This document shows positions 28,900 to 38,985 of a DNA stretch of 64,000 nt, piece after piece. The translations under genes were made by a program, and so were the position numbers. The notes beneath the pieces are model-generated. The model had not been told where the DNA came from. It made no database searches and saw only the letters and a program-made list of their open reading frames with translations. Origin of the DNA: Synergistales bacterium (GTDB taxonomy: Bacteria; Synergistota; Synergistia; Synergistales; JAFGMB01); the NCBI GenBank assembly GCA_963666205.1, contig OY762654.1, positions 1,792,001 through 1,856,000 on the forward strand. The letters run 5' to 3'. Position 1 is the first letter of the stretch. Each line of letters starts with the position of its first letter.

Positions 28900-30012
28900 T
28901 TATTTCAATGTTTCCCTTGCGGCCCTGGTAAGATTGGCAAGACCTTCCTTCAGGTCCGGGATATGAGGCCATCCGTAACCCACCCTCATGAAGCGGCGGG
29001 GCATCTCGAACCAGTGTCCCGGTCCGACGTAGGTTCCGTATTTTTCGTTGAGGATCCGGTAAAAGTCGTCCATGTCCATATTCAGTCCTGAAGATATCCT
29101 CGGGAAACATACGACCCCGCCCGAAGGTTCCACCCATTCGAATTCAGTCTGGTTTTTCATCCAGTCCCTGATAATCGAGAAGGCTTCAGAAATGTGAAGG
29201 TTGTTCGATTTGAGCCATTCTTCCCGGCCCAGAAGGGCTCTGTAGGCAATCTCCTCGTCCACTACGCTGCCGCAGATACCGATCTGCTCCTTCGCGGAAA
29301 GCAGGGTTTCCATAAGTTCACGATCCCTGCAGACTATCCATCCTGTCCTTATTCCCGGTATCCCATAGGTTTTTGAAAGGGATGATACACTTATGGCCTT
29401 TTTTGACAGGGATGCAGCCACCGGCAGTGGTTCTCCGAAGGTCATTTCCCTGTATGTCTCGTCCACAAGCAGACGACATCCTTTATGTTCCACCAGATCA
29501 ATGGTGTTTTCCAGGTCATTTATCGTCATTAACGTACCTGTGGGGTTATGGGGAGAGGTCAGGCTCACATACTTTGTTTCGGGTCGGATCATGGAAGCTA
29601 TGCGGCTGGTATCAAGGGCAAAACCTTCTTCAAAGACCAGGTCCAGAAAACTGATATCTGCCCCTATGGCCCGGGGAGTTTCTATATTGGTGGAGTAGTT
29701 GGGTCTCTCCACAACCAGATGATCCCCCTTTTCGAGAAGGGACGTTGCAATGATGAATAGGGCCCCGGCAGCCCCTGCTGTTATCAGTACATCATCTGGA
29801 GTAATGTTTTCACCGGATATGCTGGCTATTTTTTCCCTGAGCCCGGGATGGCCCGCGTGGTCACCGTAGAACAGGGTCATATCCTCCAGGGTAAATCCAA
29901 GGTCAGATATCTTTCTGTCTCTGACGGAACTCTCAGTAAGGTTGTAACGGATGAGATCATATCCGAGCTGTTCAGGTGATTCCTTTTCAATAGGCATGCG
30001 AAGGTATTTCAA
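28900..30012 (-). CDS. PLP-dependent aminotransferase class I/II
   Basis: PHNPTG, VDETY, SLSKTYGIPGIRTGW; TTG start. Confidence 0.9.
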   Translation of the reverse strand: MKYLRMPIEKESPEQLGYDLIRYNLTESSVRDRKISDLGFTLEDMTLFYGDHAGHPGLREKIASISGENITPDDVLITAGAAGALFIIATSLLEKGDHLVVERPNYSTNIETPRAIGADISFLDLVFEEGFALDTSRIASMIRPETKYVSLTSPHNPTGTLMTINDLENTIDLVEHKGCRLLVDETYREMTFGEPLPVAASLSKKAISVSSLSKTYGIPGIRTGWIVCRDRELMETLLSAKEQIGICGSVVDEEIAYRALLGREEWLKSNNLHISEAFSIIRDWMKNQTEFEWVEPSGGVVCFPRISSGLNMDMDDFYRILNEKYGTYVGPGHWFEMPRRFMRVGYGWPHIPDLKEGLANLTRAARETLK

Positions 30013-30041
30013 AGTGAGTCCCCCTTTTCTGTACTGCTATA

Positions 30042-31091
30042 TCAGTATCCGCAGGTCAATGTCATGAGATCGCTCAGCACTCCATAAGCCGTATCATACA
30101 AACTGGGGTCTTCCTGGGTTATCAGTACGGGGCCCATGAGGTCCGTTTCTATACGTATCACGGCCCCTCCACCCGTGACGGAATTATAATGGTGTCCGCC
30201 AGGAATCTCTTCAACTTTTACGCTTGCCCTGACCTCTTCCTCTTCTCTCCATGCCCTGCAGATAAGCTTGAGCCTTTTTCCTGAATCGACAGCTTTTCTC
30301 ACATCATCAGTGCTCAGGCCGGTAATACCCTTCCTGTCGACGTCGAAAGGTGTAATTGATGCATCCATGAGGGCATTTGCAAGAACGGATATTTTTGCAG
30401 AGGGGTCCCAGCCTTCCAGATCGTGGCGGGGGTCTGCTTCAGCAACTCCTATTTCCTGGGCTTCCTTAACAGCACTCTCAAGATCCTGCCCTTCTTCCAT
30501 CCTGGTGAGGATGTAGTTGGTGGTTGAATTAAGGATCCCGTCAATTCCTTTAACGGTACATCCTTTCAGGGAACAGCGGGCCATGTTGAAGACGGGAGCG
30601 CCATCCATTACGGTGGTCTCGTAGAGAAAGACAGAGCCCTTATTTTCAGCCAGGGTATTCAGTTCACGAAAGGCGAAGGCCACTGGCCCCTTGTTGGCCG
30701 TTATGGCATGGCTGCCTCGCTCCAGGGCTGTCCTTATGTGACTTATGGCTGGTTCTCCCTTTTTTTCAATGCTAAGGGTAGAAAGTTCAACAAGAACGTC
30801 ATAGTCAAGGGTACGGGCGGCCTCTATCCCGGTCATGGAAGTGATGTCCGGGTTTGAAGGAGAAAAGTTTCCCAACTCTTCCACTTCCTCAAGGGCTTTC
30901 TGTAGATCGACACCACTCTTTTCATTAACCAGGCTCCCTTTGGATCTCCCTATAATACCCACTACTTTGAGATCCAGAGGTGCAAGCCCGGGAAAACTGT
31001 TCTTTTCTCTGGTCAGTATACGGGCTACCTGTTGACCCACGTTACCGAAACCAATAAACAGGGCTTTAAGGGTTTTTGTGTGTTTATCCAT
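30042..31091 (-). CDS. hom: Homoserine dehydrogenase (short form, no ACT domain)
   Basis: GFGNVG, TANKGP, GILNSTTNYIL, GVAEADP..DLEGWD. Confidence 0.85.
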   Translation of the reverse strand: MDKHTKTLKALFIGFGNVGQQVARILTREKNSFPGLAPLDLKVVGIIGRSKGSLVNEKSGVDLQKALEEVEELGNFSPSNPDITSMTGIEAARTLDYDVLVELSTLSIEKKGEPAISHIRTALERGSHAITANKGPVAFAFRELNTLAENKGSVFLYETTVMDGAPVFNMARCSLKGCTVKGIDGILNSTTNYILTRMEEGQDLESAVKEAQEIGVAEADPRHDLEGWDPSAKISVLANALMDASITPFDVDRKGITGLSTDDVRKAVDSGKRLKLICRAWREEEEVRASVKVEEIPGGHHYNSVTGGGAVIRIETDLMGPVLITQEDPSLYDTAYGVLSDLMTLTCGY

Positions 31092-31093
31092 CT

Positions 31094-32338
31094 TTATTCT
31101 GATCCTGCAATTTCTTTAACGGTGTTTACCAGGCGTTCCACTTCCTCCATGGTGTTGTAAAGGGAAACGCCCACCCTTGTCACTCCACCCCTTTCCATAA
31201 GGCCGAGGACCTCTATGGGACGCATGGCGTAGAAATGACCGTCCCAGGCACAGATACCCTTTTCATTAAGGGCCCTGCACACATCTATGGGATCCATGCC
31301 TTCCAGGGTAAAGGAAACGGTAGGAGCCCTTCTCTCTGTTTCGAAGGAAGGCCCGATGAGGGTAAGGCCCGGAATTTTGCCGAGTCCTGTATATATCTCC
31401 CGGGCAAGAAGATGTTCATATTTCCTTATTCGTTCCATCCCGGTTATTATTTTTTCCCTAAGGGATCCACCCATACCGAAGGTGGCAATATACTCAACTG
31501 CTGCCTTGACCCCTTCGATGGCGGCATGATTGAGGGTTCCTGTCTCTATACAGTATGGAGCATGCTGTTCCTGGCTTCGGAGGGTATAGACGGGAAGCTG
31601 GCCAAGAACACCGTCTTTCGCGTAAAGAATGCCCACGTGGGGGCCATAGAATTTATAAGCAGAGCAGACCAGGAAATCCACGCCCAGGGATGTTACGTCA
31701 ATGGGGAAGTGTGGGGCATAATGAACTGCATCCACCAGAAGCCATGCTCCTACTTCATAGGTCAGTTTTCTTATTAGGGCAATATCGTTTACTGTACCAA
31801 TCGCATTGGACGAAAAACCAACCGCCACCAGGCGGGTGTTCTCGTTGATCTTTTCCCGAAGATCGTCATAATCCAGAGTACCTTCGGGGGTGATCCCTAT
31901 CTCTCTAACCTCAATGTCCAGCTCTCGAAGGGCAAGCCAGGGACCCCTGTTAGCCTCATGATCCAGCTGGGTTACCAGTATTTCGTCGCCAGGCTGAAAA
32001 AATCTTCCCATGGCCCGGCTCAGGGTGAAATTAAGGGTGGTCATGTTGTGTCCGAAGGAAATGTTCTTCCCGCTTCCAGCTCCTAGAAAAGCTGCTACAA
32101 CTTCCCGGGTATCCTCGATCATCTGGTCTGATTCATTTGTGGTTACAAAAAAACCATGGGTGTTCGAATTATGGGTGGTGTAATAATGGCTCACTCCGTC
32201 GATCACTGCCTGTGGGACCTGTGTGCCTCCCGGACCGTCAAAATAGGCCAGGGGATAATCGTTGTGGGTCCTTGCCAGGGATGGAAATTCCTCTCTTCTT
32301 CCCCATACGTCCTTGTAATCCTGAAACCAGTTATCCAT
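31094..32338 (-). CDS. Cysteine desulfurase-like class V PLP enzyme (VC1184 type)
   Basis: YFDGPGGTQVP, DHEAN, VDAVHYAPH, SAYKFYGPH; GHFYA where desulfurases carry the catalytic Cys. Confidence 0.85.
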   Translation of the reverse strand: MDNWFQDYKDVWGRREEFPSLARTHNDYPLAYFDGPGGTQVPQAVIDGVSHYYTTHNSNTHGFFVTTNESDQMIEDTREVVAAFLGAGSGKNISFGHNMTTLNFTLSRAMGRFFQPGDEILVTQLDHEANRGPWLALRELDIEVREIGITPEGTLDYDDLREKINENTRLVAVGFSSNAIGTVNDIALIRKLTYEVGAWLLVDAVHYAPHFPIDVTSLGVDFLVCSAYKFYGPHVGILYAKDGVLGQLPVYTLRSQEQHAPYCIETGTLNHAAIEGVKAAVEYIATFGMGGSLREKIITGMERIRKYEHLLAREIYTGLGKIPGLTLIGPSFETERRAPTVSFTLEGMDPIDVCRALNEKGICAWDGHFYAMRPIEVLGLMERGGVTRVGVSLYNTMEEVERLVNTVKEIAGSE

Positions 32339-32436
32339 TCAGATTCCTCCCCGTAGAATAGTGTTTGAAAAAAGCGATAATTCAGATGCCTCTACTTTTA
32401 TAACACATCAGGGGAATTATGAGGGTAAATCTCATT

Positions 32437-32483
32437 AAAAAAGGGCTGGAACAGTGGTAACTTCAATGCCCACTTTCCAGCCC
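32437..32483 (-). terminator. Rho-independent terminator of aldolase operon
   Basis: Minus strand GGGCTGGAAAGTGG…CCACTGTTCCAGCCC then T6. Confidence 0.7.
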
Positions 32484-32535
32484 CGCTTAATTACTGGATT
32501 GATGAAGTCCACACCTGATATTTCCAGGAAGGATA

Positions 32536-33519
32536 TCAATTCAATTTTTTTGCAGAGGATCGGATCAGTTCCTCTGAAGGATTGCTTTTTTCTTTTTTTG
32601 AAACTTCTACGATCAGTTGTTTAAGATCCACCTTTTCTTCTTCAGCTATTGATCTGAAAAGAGGTAAAAAATTTGAATGAAATCCTGCAAATCCAAAGGT
32701 CAGATCAAGGGGCGTAATTCCGCTTTTGGGCGCAAAAACCGGTAAGAGGTCTTTTTCTATGAACCTGAACAGGGTATAAATATCAACATTCTCCAGATGG
32801 CCTGTTCTTTTCAAAGCTGCTACCAGCACTTCTGTCGGAGCATTTCCTGCACTTCGTGCAAGTCCCATAAGACTGCAGTCAAGGGAGAAGGCTCCTTCCC
32901 GGTATGCAGCAAGGGCGTTGGCAACAGAAAGCCCCATATTATTGTGGCCATGGAATCCTACCGGAATTGTAACGGCATTCACCATGGTCTTTACGTAGGA
33001 TCCTGTTTCTTCAGGAAGCATGTATCCTGCAGAGTCCATAATTGTTACACCCTGGGCACCGTAGGATTCCACTTTTCTTGCATCCTCCGCAAGTTTCCGG
33101 CTGTCAAGGGCATAAGCTTTCATAAGGCTGTAGCGTACTTCCAAACCCAGGTTTCGGGCCTTGTTTATGACCTCTTCAGACTGTTCAACTTCGCCTGCGT
33201 TCGTTCCAATCCGCAGGAAACCCAGTTTGTATCCGGCAGCCAGTTCAAGATCTTCATCTCTTACAAATCTTGGCTGACAGAACATTCCCAGGTTTGCCTC
33301 GGAAAGATATGGTGATATGCATTCCAGGTATTCAGTATCAGAGGCCGAAGCCATTTTAGGACTTGTGAAATTGCCCCCTATACTGGAACTGTGTCCAAGT
33401 TCTATGGTTTTGATTCCAGAGGAGATAAGGCCTTTTACTACCTTTTCTGTTATCTCAAGGTCAAATCCAGCTCCAATAATATTTGCGCCATCACGAAGAG
33501 TACAATCGAGTAACTCCAT
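32536..33519 (-). CDS. DRE-TIM metallolyase, 4-hydroxy-2-oxovalerate aldolase-like
   Basis: DCTLRDG, DSAG, GFHGHNN, AGNAPTE, DmpG-like C-terminal domain. Confidence 0.85.
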   Translation of the reverse strand: MELLDCTLRDGANIIGAGFDLEITEKVVKGLISSGIKTIELGHSSSIGGNFTSPKMASASDTEYLECISPYLSEANLGMFCQPRFVRDEDLELAAGYKLGFLRIGTNAGEVEQSEEVINKARNLGLEVRYSLMKAYALDSRKLAEDARKVESYGAQGVTIMDSAGYMLPEETGSYVKTMVNAVTIPVGFHGHNNMGLSVANALAAYREGAFSLDCSLMGLARSAGNAPTEVLVAALKRTGHLENVDIYTLFRFIEKDLLPVFAPKSGITPLDLTFGFAGFHSNFLPLFRSIAEEEKVDLKQLIVEVSKKEKSNPSEELIRSSAKKLN

Positions 33520-33555
33520 CTGATAAATGTCAACTCCTTCAAATAACCGGTGATC

Positions 33556-35073
33556 TTAAGTTTTCATGTTACGTGCCTGATCTGATGTTCTTATCCTTGA
33601 CTTTTTAATCTCCTTGTAAAGAGGAAAGAAGACGGATAGCACGATAAGCACTATTATTGCCAGAGACAAAGGTCTCTGGAAAAAGGGAATAAAACTTCCA
33701 TGGAACAGGATAAGAGACCGCCTCAGTTCGGCTTCAGCCATGGGGCCAAGAATAAGGGCAAGGACTATTGGTGCTGGGGAGAAATCGTACCTTTCCATAA
33801 GGTATCCCAGGATGCCGAATCCGAACAAAAGCCCGACATCAAACAGATTGTTCCTGATAGCAAAGGATCCTATCACGCTCAATACACAGATAACCGGTGC
33901 CAGGATCCTTGTGGGGGTCTTTATGACCTTTACAAAATATTTAGCAAAGGCTATTCCGATGATAAAGAACATGATGTTGGCAATAAAAAGAGAAAGTATA
34001 AGGGTATAGGTTATGTCTGCATATTTTATAAAAAGGTTTGGCCCTGGGATCAGGCCATGAATGGTAAGGCCCCCTATGAAAACTGCAGTTACCGCATTGC
34101 CAGGGATCCCCAGGGTAAGAGCAGGCACAAGAGAGCCTCCAGTGACAGCGTTATTTGCCGCTTCTGAGGCGGCAACTCCTTCGGGGTTTCCCTTGCCGAA
34201 ACTCTCAGGTTCTTTAGAAGCTCTTCTGGCTTCGTTATAACTTATGAAAGAAGCTATGCTTGTGCCGGCTCCAGGCATTATTCCCACAATGGTACCTATA
34301 ACTGACGATCTGATGGTAGTAACCCAGGTTCTGGACATATCAGCCAGGGTAGGTAGGACCCTGTCTGAAAAGGAGACATCTTTTTTTACGATGGAGGACT
34401 CCTTTGAGATGGCAATTTTTATAGCCTGGGAAAGGGAAAAAAGACCTATTAATGCTGGAAGGATCGGAATTCCATCAAGCAGGGAATCAGAATTGAAGAT
34501 AAACCTTGGATAGCCGGTAAAACTGTCCATCCCTACTGTTGCTATCAGGAGTCCGAAAACTCCTGAAATGAGTCCGTTAAGATAGGAATTGGATGAAACG
34601 CTGATAATGATTGAAAGACCGAAAATGGCCACCAGGAAATATTCGGGGGGGCCGAACTTCAACGCTATCTTTGCCAGGAGGGGTGCTATCAGGAGAAGAG
34701 CGACGGTACTTATAATTCCTCCGATAAAGGAAGCTGTTGTTGATATCCCGATGGCCTTACCTCCAAGCCCCTGCTGTGTCATTGGGAAACCGTCAAAAGT
34801 TGTAGCGATAGAGGCATCGGTTCCAGGGGTTCGGAGAAGAATGGCTGTAATAGATCCGCCGTAGACAGAACTGCAATATATGGCTCCAAGAAGGATCAAT
34901 CCGGTTTTTGGATCCATCCCGAAGGTAAGGGGAATAGCAAGGGCAACCCCCATGGTTGAAGAAAGGCCTGGTAGTGCTCCTATAACAAGCCCTGCTACCG
35001 TACCAAGAAACAGGACTAGGAAGGAATGGGGGGTAAAAACATATCCGAGAGCTATTGCTAAATGGTCAAGCAT
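33556..35073 (-). CDS. tctA: TTT large membrane subunit TctA
   Basis: GALPGL, DGFPM, FGPPEYF, EAANNA, LGIPG. Confidence 0.92.
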   Translation of the reverse strand: MLDHLAIALGYVFTPHSFLVLFLGTVAGLVIGALPGLSSTMGVALAIPLTFGMDPKTGLILLGAIYCSSVYGGSITAILLRTPGTDASIATTFDGFPMTQQGLGGKAIGISTTASFIGGIISTVALLLIAPLLAKIALKFGPPEYFLVAIFGLSIIISVSSNSYLNGLISGVFGLLIATVGMDSFTGYPRFIFNSDSLLDGIPILPALIGLFSLSQAIKIAISKESSIVKKDVSFSDRVLPTLADMSRTWVTTIRSSVIGTIVGIMPGAGTSIASFISYNEARRASKEPESFGKGNPEGVAASEAANNAVTGGSLVPALTLGIPGNAVTAVFIGGLTIHGLIPGPNLFIKYADITYTLILSLFIANIMFFIIGIAFAKYFVKVIKTPTRILAPVICVLSVIGSFAIRNNLFDVGLLFGFGILGYLMERYDFSPAPIVLALILGPMAEAELRRSLILFHGSFIPFFQRPLSLAIIVLIVLSVFFPLYKEIKKSRIRTSDQARNMKT

Positions 35074-35097
35074 GGTAGTTCACCTCTAAATCCACCT

Positions 35098-35526
35098 TTA
35101 GAAAAGTAGTCCTCTGGGGATGGGTATATGGAGCATAAGGTCGAAGAAAGTGTATATCAATCCCGTTGTTGAAAGGGAAATTATAATGACAGTTATGGTT
35201 TTGGCTGCTTTAAGCATAAACATGAATGACAGCAGGAAAATCAGTGTGGAACTGTAAAATCCCAGAAAACGTACAAGTATTATGTAAAGAAGAATAGAAG
35301 CAGTGACCATGAAAAACTTGCTGTAAGACGCATGTTCACCGGTCTCTTTTTCTGTCTTGTTGTTTTTCAATGATCTCTTAATGAGGAACATTGAAAGAAA
35401 GATCAGCAGGGCGGAATAAACAGTTGGCATTACCCTGGATTCCTTCGGATATTCCTGGGCTGCTACTATTGCTGCAACACCGCATATAATCAAAATGGCC
35501 GCTATCAATAAATCCCGTTTCTTCAT
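35098..35526 (-). CDS. tctB: TTT small membrane subunit TctB
   Basis: Hydrophobic, LGFY motif, C-terminal IPIPRG. Confidence 0.85.
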   Translation of the reverse strand: MKKRDLLIAAILIICGVAAIVAAQEYPKESRVMPTVYSALLIFLSMFLIKRSLKNNKTEKETGEHASYSKFFMVTASILLYIILVRFLGFYSSTLIFLLSFMFMLKAAKTITVIIISLSTTGLIYTFFDLMLHIPIPRGLLF

Positions 35527-35585
35527 CCTTAAAACCCCTTTTGTATCAGAGGGGCAGGGGAATACCCCCTGCCCGCTGTTAATAG

Positions 35586-36566
35586 CTATTTCTTGATCCA
35601 GGGATCTGCTTCCCAGAGACCCTTCCAGAATTCATGCTGTTCCAGAAGGAATTTGCCGTAATCGTCACCGGCCATGAAATCGAGAGGCATGTTAAGTTTT
35701 TTAAGCTCCGCGAGGTATGTCGGGTCACTGGCGATCTTTGTCATTGCATTGATAAGAACTTCAAGCTGTTCCTTTGCCATATCCTTAGGGGCCGCAAATC
35801 CCCTGGAGGAAGCCTGAAGGACGGTGAAACCAAGTTCCGGGAAGGTGGGTACATCGGCAACTTCAGGAGACCTCTTGCTGTTCTCTACTGCCAGTCCGCG
35901 AAGCTGACCGTTCTGTATCATGTCTGCTACTTCGGAGACGTTTACTGCCATTGCGTCAATATGACCTCCCATCAAAGCTGCCTTTGCAGGAGCATCACCA
36001 TCGAAGGGCACGCCGTTCAGGGTTATGCCAGCTTCCTTTTCGAAAGCAAGGATTCCCAGATGATCGCCGCCGCCTTTGCCTTCATGGGAGATGGATATCT
36101 TGCCAGGATTCTTTTTTGCATCATCGATAAGGTCCTGAAGTGTTTTGTAAGGGCTGTCAGCTCCGACACAGATTATGCCGGGGTCTGTAACTACATTTGC
36201 AATGGGGGCAAAATCAGTGATCCTGTACCTTACGACTTTAGGTCTTGTGATAGGATTAACCACTACCGGAGATACATTGATAAGTCCAATGGTGTAGCCA
36301 TCCGCTTTTGCTTTGGCAAGGGCAGTGAAACCTATATCTCCGCCTGAACCGTCCTTATTTACTACGACAAAGGGCTGACCCAGTTCTGCTTCAAGATATT
36401 TGGCGGTAATTCGTGCGAGTGTATCAGTGCTGCCGCCTGGAGCGTAAGCCACTACCATTGTTACTGCTTTGGAGGGATAGTCACCTGCGAAAGATATTCC
36501 AAAGGCCAATGCAAGGCAAACAAGGGCCATCATGGTTATCATGCAAAACTTTCTGGATCTGGACAT
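35586..36566 (-). CDS. tctC: TTT substrate-binding protein TctC
   Basis: Signal peptide; PGGSTDTLAR, ADGYT, DVPT; start ATG 36566 after AGGAGGT. Confidence 0.92.
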   Translation of the reverse strand: MSRSRKFCMITMMALVCLALAFGISFAGDYPSKAVTMVVAYAPGGSTDTLARITAKYLEAELGQPFVVVNKDGSGGDIGFTALAKAKADGYTIGLINVSPVVVNPITRPKVVRYRITDFAPIANVVTDPGIICVGADSPYKTLQDLIDDAKKNPGKISISHEGKGGGDHLGILAFEKEAGITLNGVPFDGDAPAKAALMGGHIDAMAVNVSEVADMIQNGQLRGLAVENSKRSPEVADVPTFPELGFTVLQASSRGFAAPKDMAKEQLEVLINAMTKIASDPTYLAELKKLNMPLDFMAGDDYGKFLLEQHEFWKGLWEADPWIKK

Positions 36567-36743
36567 TCTTTTACACCTCCTGAGAATTATTACAAAAATC
36601 TTTTTCATACAGGAATCTGATCAGACCATTCCTCATTGGCCAGCCGTTCCTGCGATAAAACCGCTTCTCCTCTATGATTCTGCAACAAATAAAGCACCTT
36701 TACTCACTACCACCTCCTAAACGCTATATGGACTCCAATTGTT

Positions 36744-37946
36744 TCAATTTTCCATTTCTGAAAGGAATTCCTTCAGTCGTGACATCCCTTCAATAATATT
36801 TTCATCTGATACAGAGTAGGCGATCCTGAAAAACCCCGGCATAAGAAAAGCGGTACCCGGTACGAGGGCTATGTTTTTTGAATCCAGCAGTATCTCGCAG
36901 AATGCTATATCGTCGGTGATCTTCGCGTCTTTGAATTTCATTCCCTGGCATTTCTTTATGTTTACAAATACATAAAAGGCACCATCCGGAGGGGTATAAC
37001 TGATCAAAGGCATTTCATCCAGTAGTCCAAGGATAAGATGTCTTCTTCGCTCAAAATTCTGTCTCATCCATTCAACATCGGACTGAGCTTCTTTTAGAGC
37101 TCCAAGGGCTGCCCATTGAGATATGGTGCTGGTATTGGATGTCAGGTGGCTCTGGAATGAGACGATCTTTTCCATAAGTTCTTTCGGACCCAGGGCAAAA
37201 CCAAGTCTCCAGCCTGTCATTGCATAGCTCTTGCTGGCTCCGTTGATATTGATGACATGTTCCCGGGCTTCAGGTGCAGCCTGCAGGATCTGACAATATT
37301 TTCTATTGCCGAAAACCAGTCTTTCATAGACTTCATCGTTGATAATCAGGAGATCCCTATCCATTGCCAGGTGGGCAAGATCTTTGAGAAAATTGGCGGT
37401 GTAGACAACCCCTGTAGGGTTATTGGGCGAGTTTATTATGATGGCCACTGTATTGATGTTTATTTTTTCATTTATGGCTTCTATTGTGGGAACAAAGTCA
37501 GTATTTTCTGTATTCACTATTACGGGAATGCCGTCGAAAAGTCTGATCTGTTCAACATAGCTTACCCATGCCGGAGCAATAACTATTACTTCTTTTGCCT
37601 CTTCCACAATACATCCCAGTGCCTCATAAAGAAGTTGCTTTGCTCCTGTTCCTATAACTACTTCCGAGACAGGATAGGATATGTCGAAACGGGATCTGTA
37701 ATAATCTGCAACAGCCTGTTTAAGTTCATTAATTCCGCTTGTAGAGGTATAGTGGGTATGTCCGTCATCCATAGCCTTCTTTGCATATTCAAGAGCTGGT
37801 TTGGGAGAAGTGTAGTCAGGTTCCCCCGTAGAAAAAGAGATTACCGGGTAACCCTGTTCCTTTTTAAGCCGTGCCTTACTTGCCATGGCCGTTGTGGCTG
37901 ATGGTTCCATCCTTTCGATCCTTGAAGTGAACTTCAATAAAGACAC
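36744..37946 (-). CDS. Class I PLP aminotransferase (aspartate aminotransferase-like)
   Basis: GEPD, GAKQ, NSPNNPTG, DEVY, SKSYAMTGWRLG. Confidence 0.9.
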   Translation of the reverse strand: MSLLKFTSRIERMEPSATTAMASKARLKKEQGYPVISFSTGEPDYTSPKPALEYAKKAMDDGHTHYTSTSGINELKQAVADYYRSRFDISYPVSEVVIGTGAKQLLYEALGCIVEEAKEVIVIAPAWVSYVEQIRLFDGIPVIVNTENTDFVPTIEAINEKININTVAIIINSPNNPTGVVYTANFLKDLAHLAMDRDLLIINDEVYERLVFGNRKYCQILQAAPEAREHVININGASKSYAMTGWRLGFALGPKELMEKIVSFQSHLTSNTSTISQWAALGALKEAQSDVEWMRQNFERRRHLILGLLDEMPLISYTPPDGAFYVFVNIKKCQGMKFKDAKITDDIAFCEILLDSKNIALVPGTAFLMPGFFRIAYSVSDENIIEGMSRLKEFLSEMEN

Positions 37947-37971
37947 GCTCCTTTAACTGACTGTTAAAATC

Positions 37972-38817
37972 TTATTCATCTGTGTCCATAAGTATGTTCC
38001 AGCGTTTACATATCTCGCTATTTTTCCCTACCCGTTGAAGAGCTTCTGTTTTATTGGCCAGGGCCACCCCTGTAGCCAGGGCGTTCAGTACAGCATTTGC
38101 TGCAACGGTGGAATTAAAGAAACTCTGACTTTCATATTCTGTGGGTATTACAACATCGGCCATAAGGCCCACCGGAGAAAGAGCTCCATCGGTAATGGCT
38201 ATGATCCTGCATCCCAGCCTTTCTGCTTCTTCCACGATTGATACGGTAAACTTTGCATATCGGGGGAAGCAGATAGCAACCATTACATCCGCGGAGGTCA
38301 TTCTCAGGAGTTGTTCGGGATATCTTCCTTCATTCAGTGTTATAAGGTTTACACCTCCCCGGACCTGTTCAAGGACAAGGCTGAAAAACGATGCAGCACC
38401 GTATTGAGTCCTCATGCCTGCTACATTAACCTCTCTGGCCTCGCAGAGGAGTTTTACTGCCTGGTTGAAGGTTTTTTCGGAGATCCTCTCTGCAGTCATC
38501 TTTATATTCTCAATATCTTTAGAAAGGGATTCCCTGAAGCCAAAACTTCCCTCTGATATGGATGCCCTCTCGAGTCTTTCACTGGGAAGAAGGCGTTGTT
38601 TCAGAAACACCCTGACTTCTTCCTGCATTTCAGGAAAACCCCTGTATCCCATTTCCGCTGCTGCCCTGGATACTGTCGAAGCGCTCACTCCCACGCTGCT
38701 GGCAAGTTCATCAATAGTCATAAAAGCCACCGTATCCGGATTGGAAAGAGTGAAAACAGCAACTTCCTGTTTGGCCCCACTCAGGTTTTTGCAGGCTTTC
38801 TTGATTTTATTCAGCAT
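37972..38817 (-). CDS. MurR/RpiR family transcriptional regulator
   Basis: ELA…GVSASTVSR…GYRGF HTH plus SIS domain (FPRY, ITD…SP). Confidence 0.92.
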   Translation of the reverse strand: MLNKIKKACKNLSGAKQEVAVFTLSNPDTVAFMTIDELASSVGVSASTVSRAAAEMGYRGFPEMQEEVRVFLKQRLLPSERLERASISEGSFGFRESLSKDIENIKMTAERISEKTFNQAVKLLCEAREVNVAGMRTQYGAASFFSLVLEQVRGGVNLITLNEGRYPEQLLRMTSADVMVAICFPRYAKFTVSIVEEAERLGCRIIAITDGALSPVGLMADVVIPTEYESQSFFNSTVAANAVLNALATGVALANKTEALQRVGKNSEICKRWNILMDTDE

Positions 38818-38840
38818 CTACGGTATCCCCCTTGAAGAGT

Positions 38841-38887
38841 TGGAAATATTGTACCAAGTATAAAGATATGTTGCAAATATTTTTTCA
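38841..38887. promoter_or_regulatory. Pair of RpiR-type operator candidates
   Basis: TGGAAATATTGTACCA (38841-38856) and TGCAAATATTTTTTCA (38872-38887) just upstream of the regulator. Confidence 0.4.
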
Positions 38888-38985
38888 TTTGTATATACAA
38901 TTACCAAATTGCCAGTATAGAAAAGGGGGGCATTACGCCCCGCCAGGAAAAGTTCCTGTTACTTAAGCTCAAAATAGTCTTGTTT

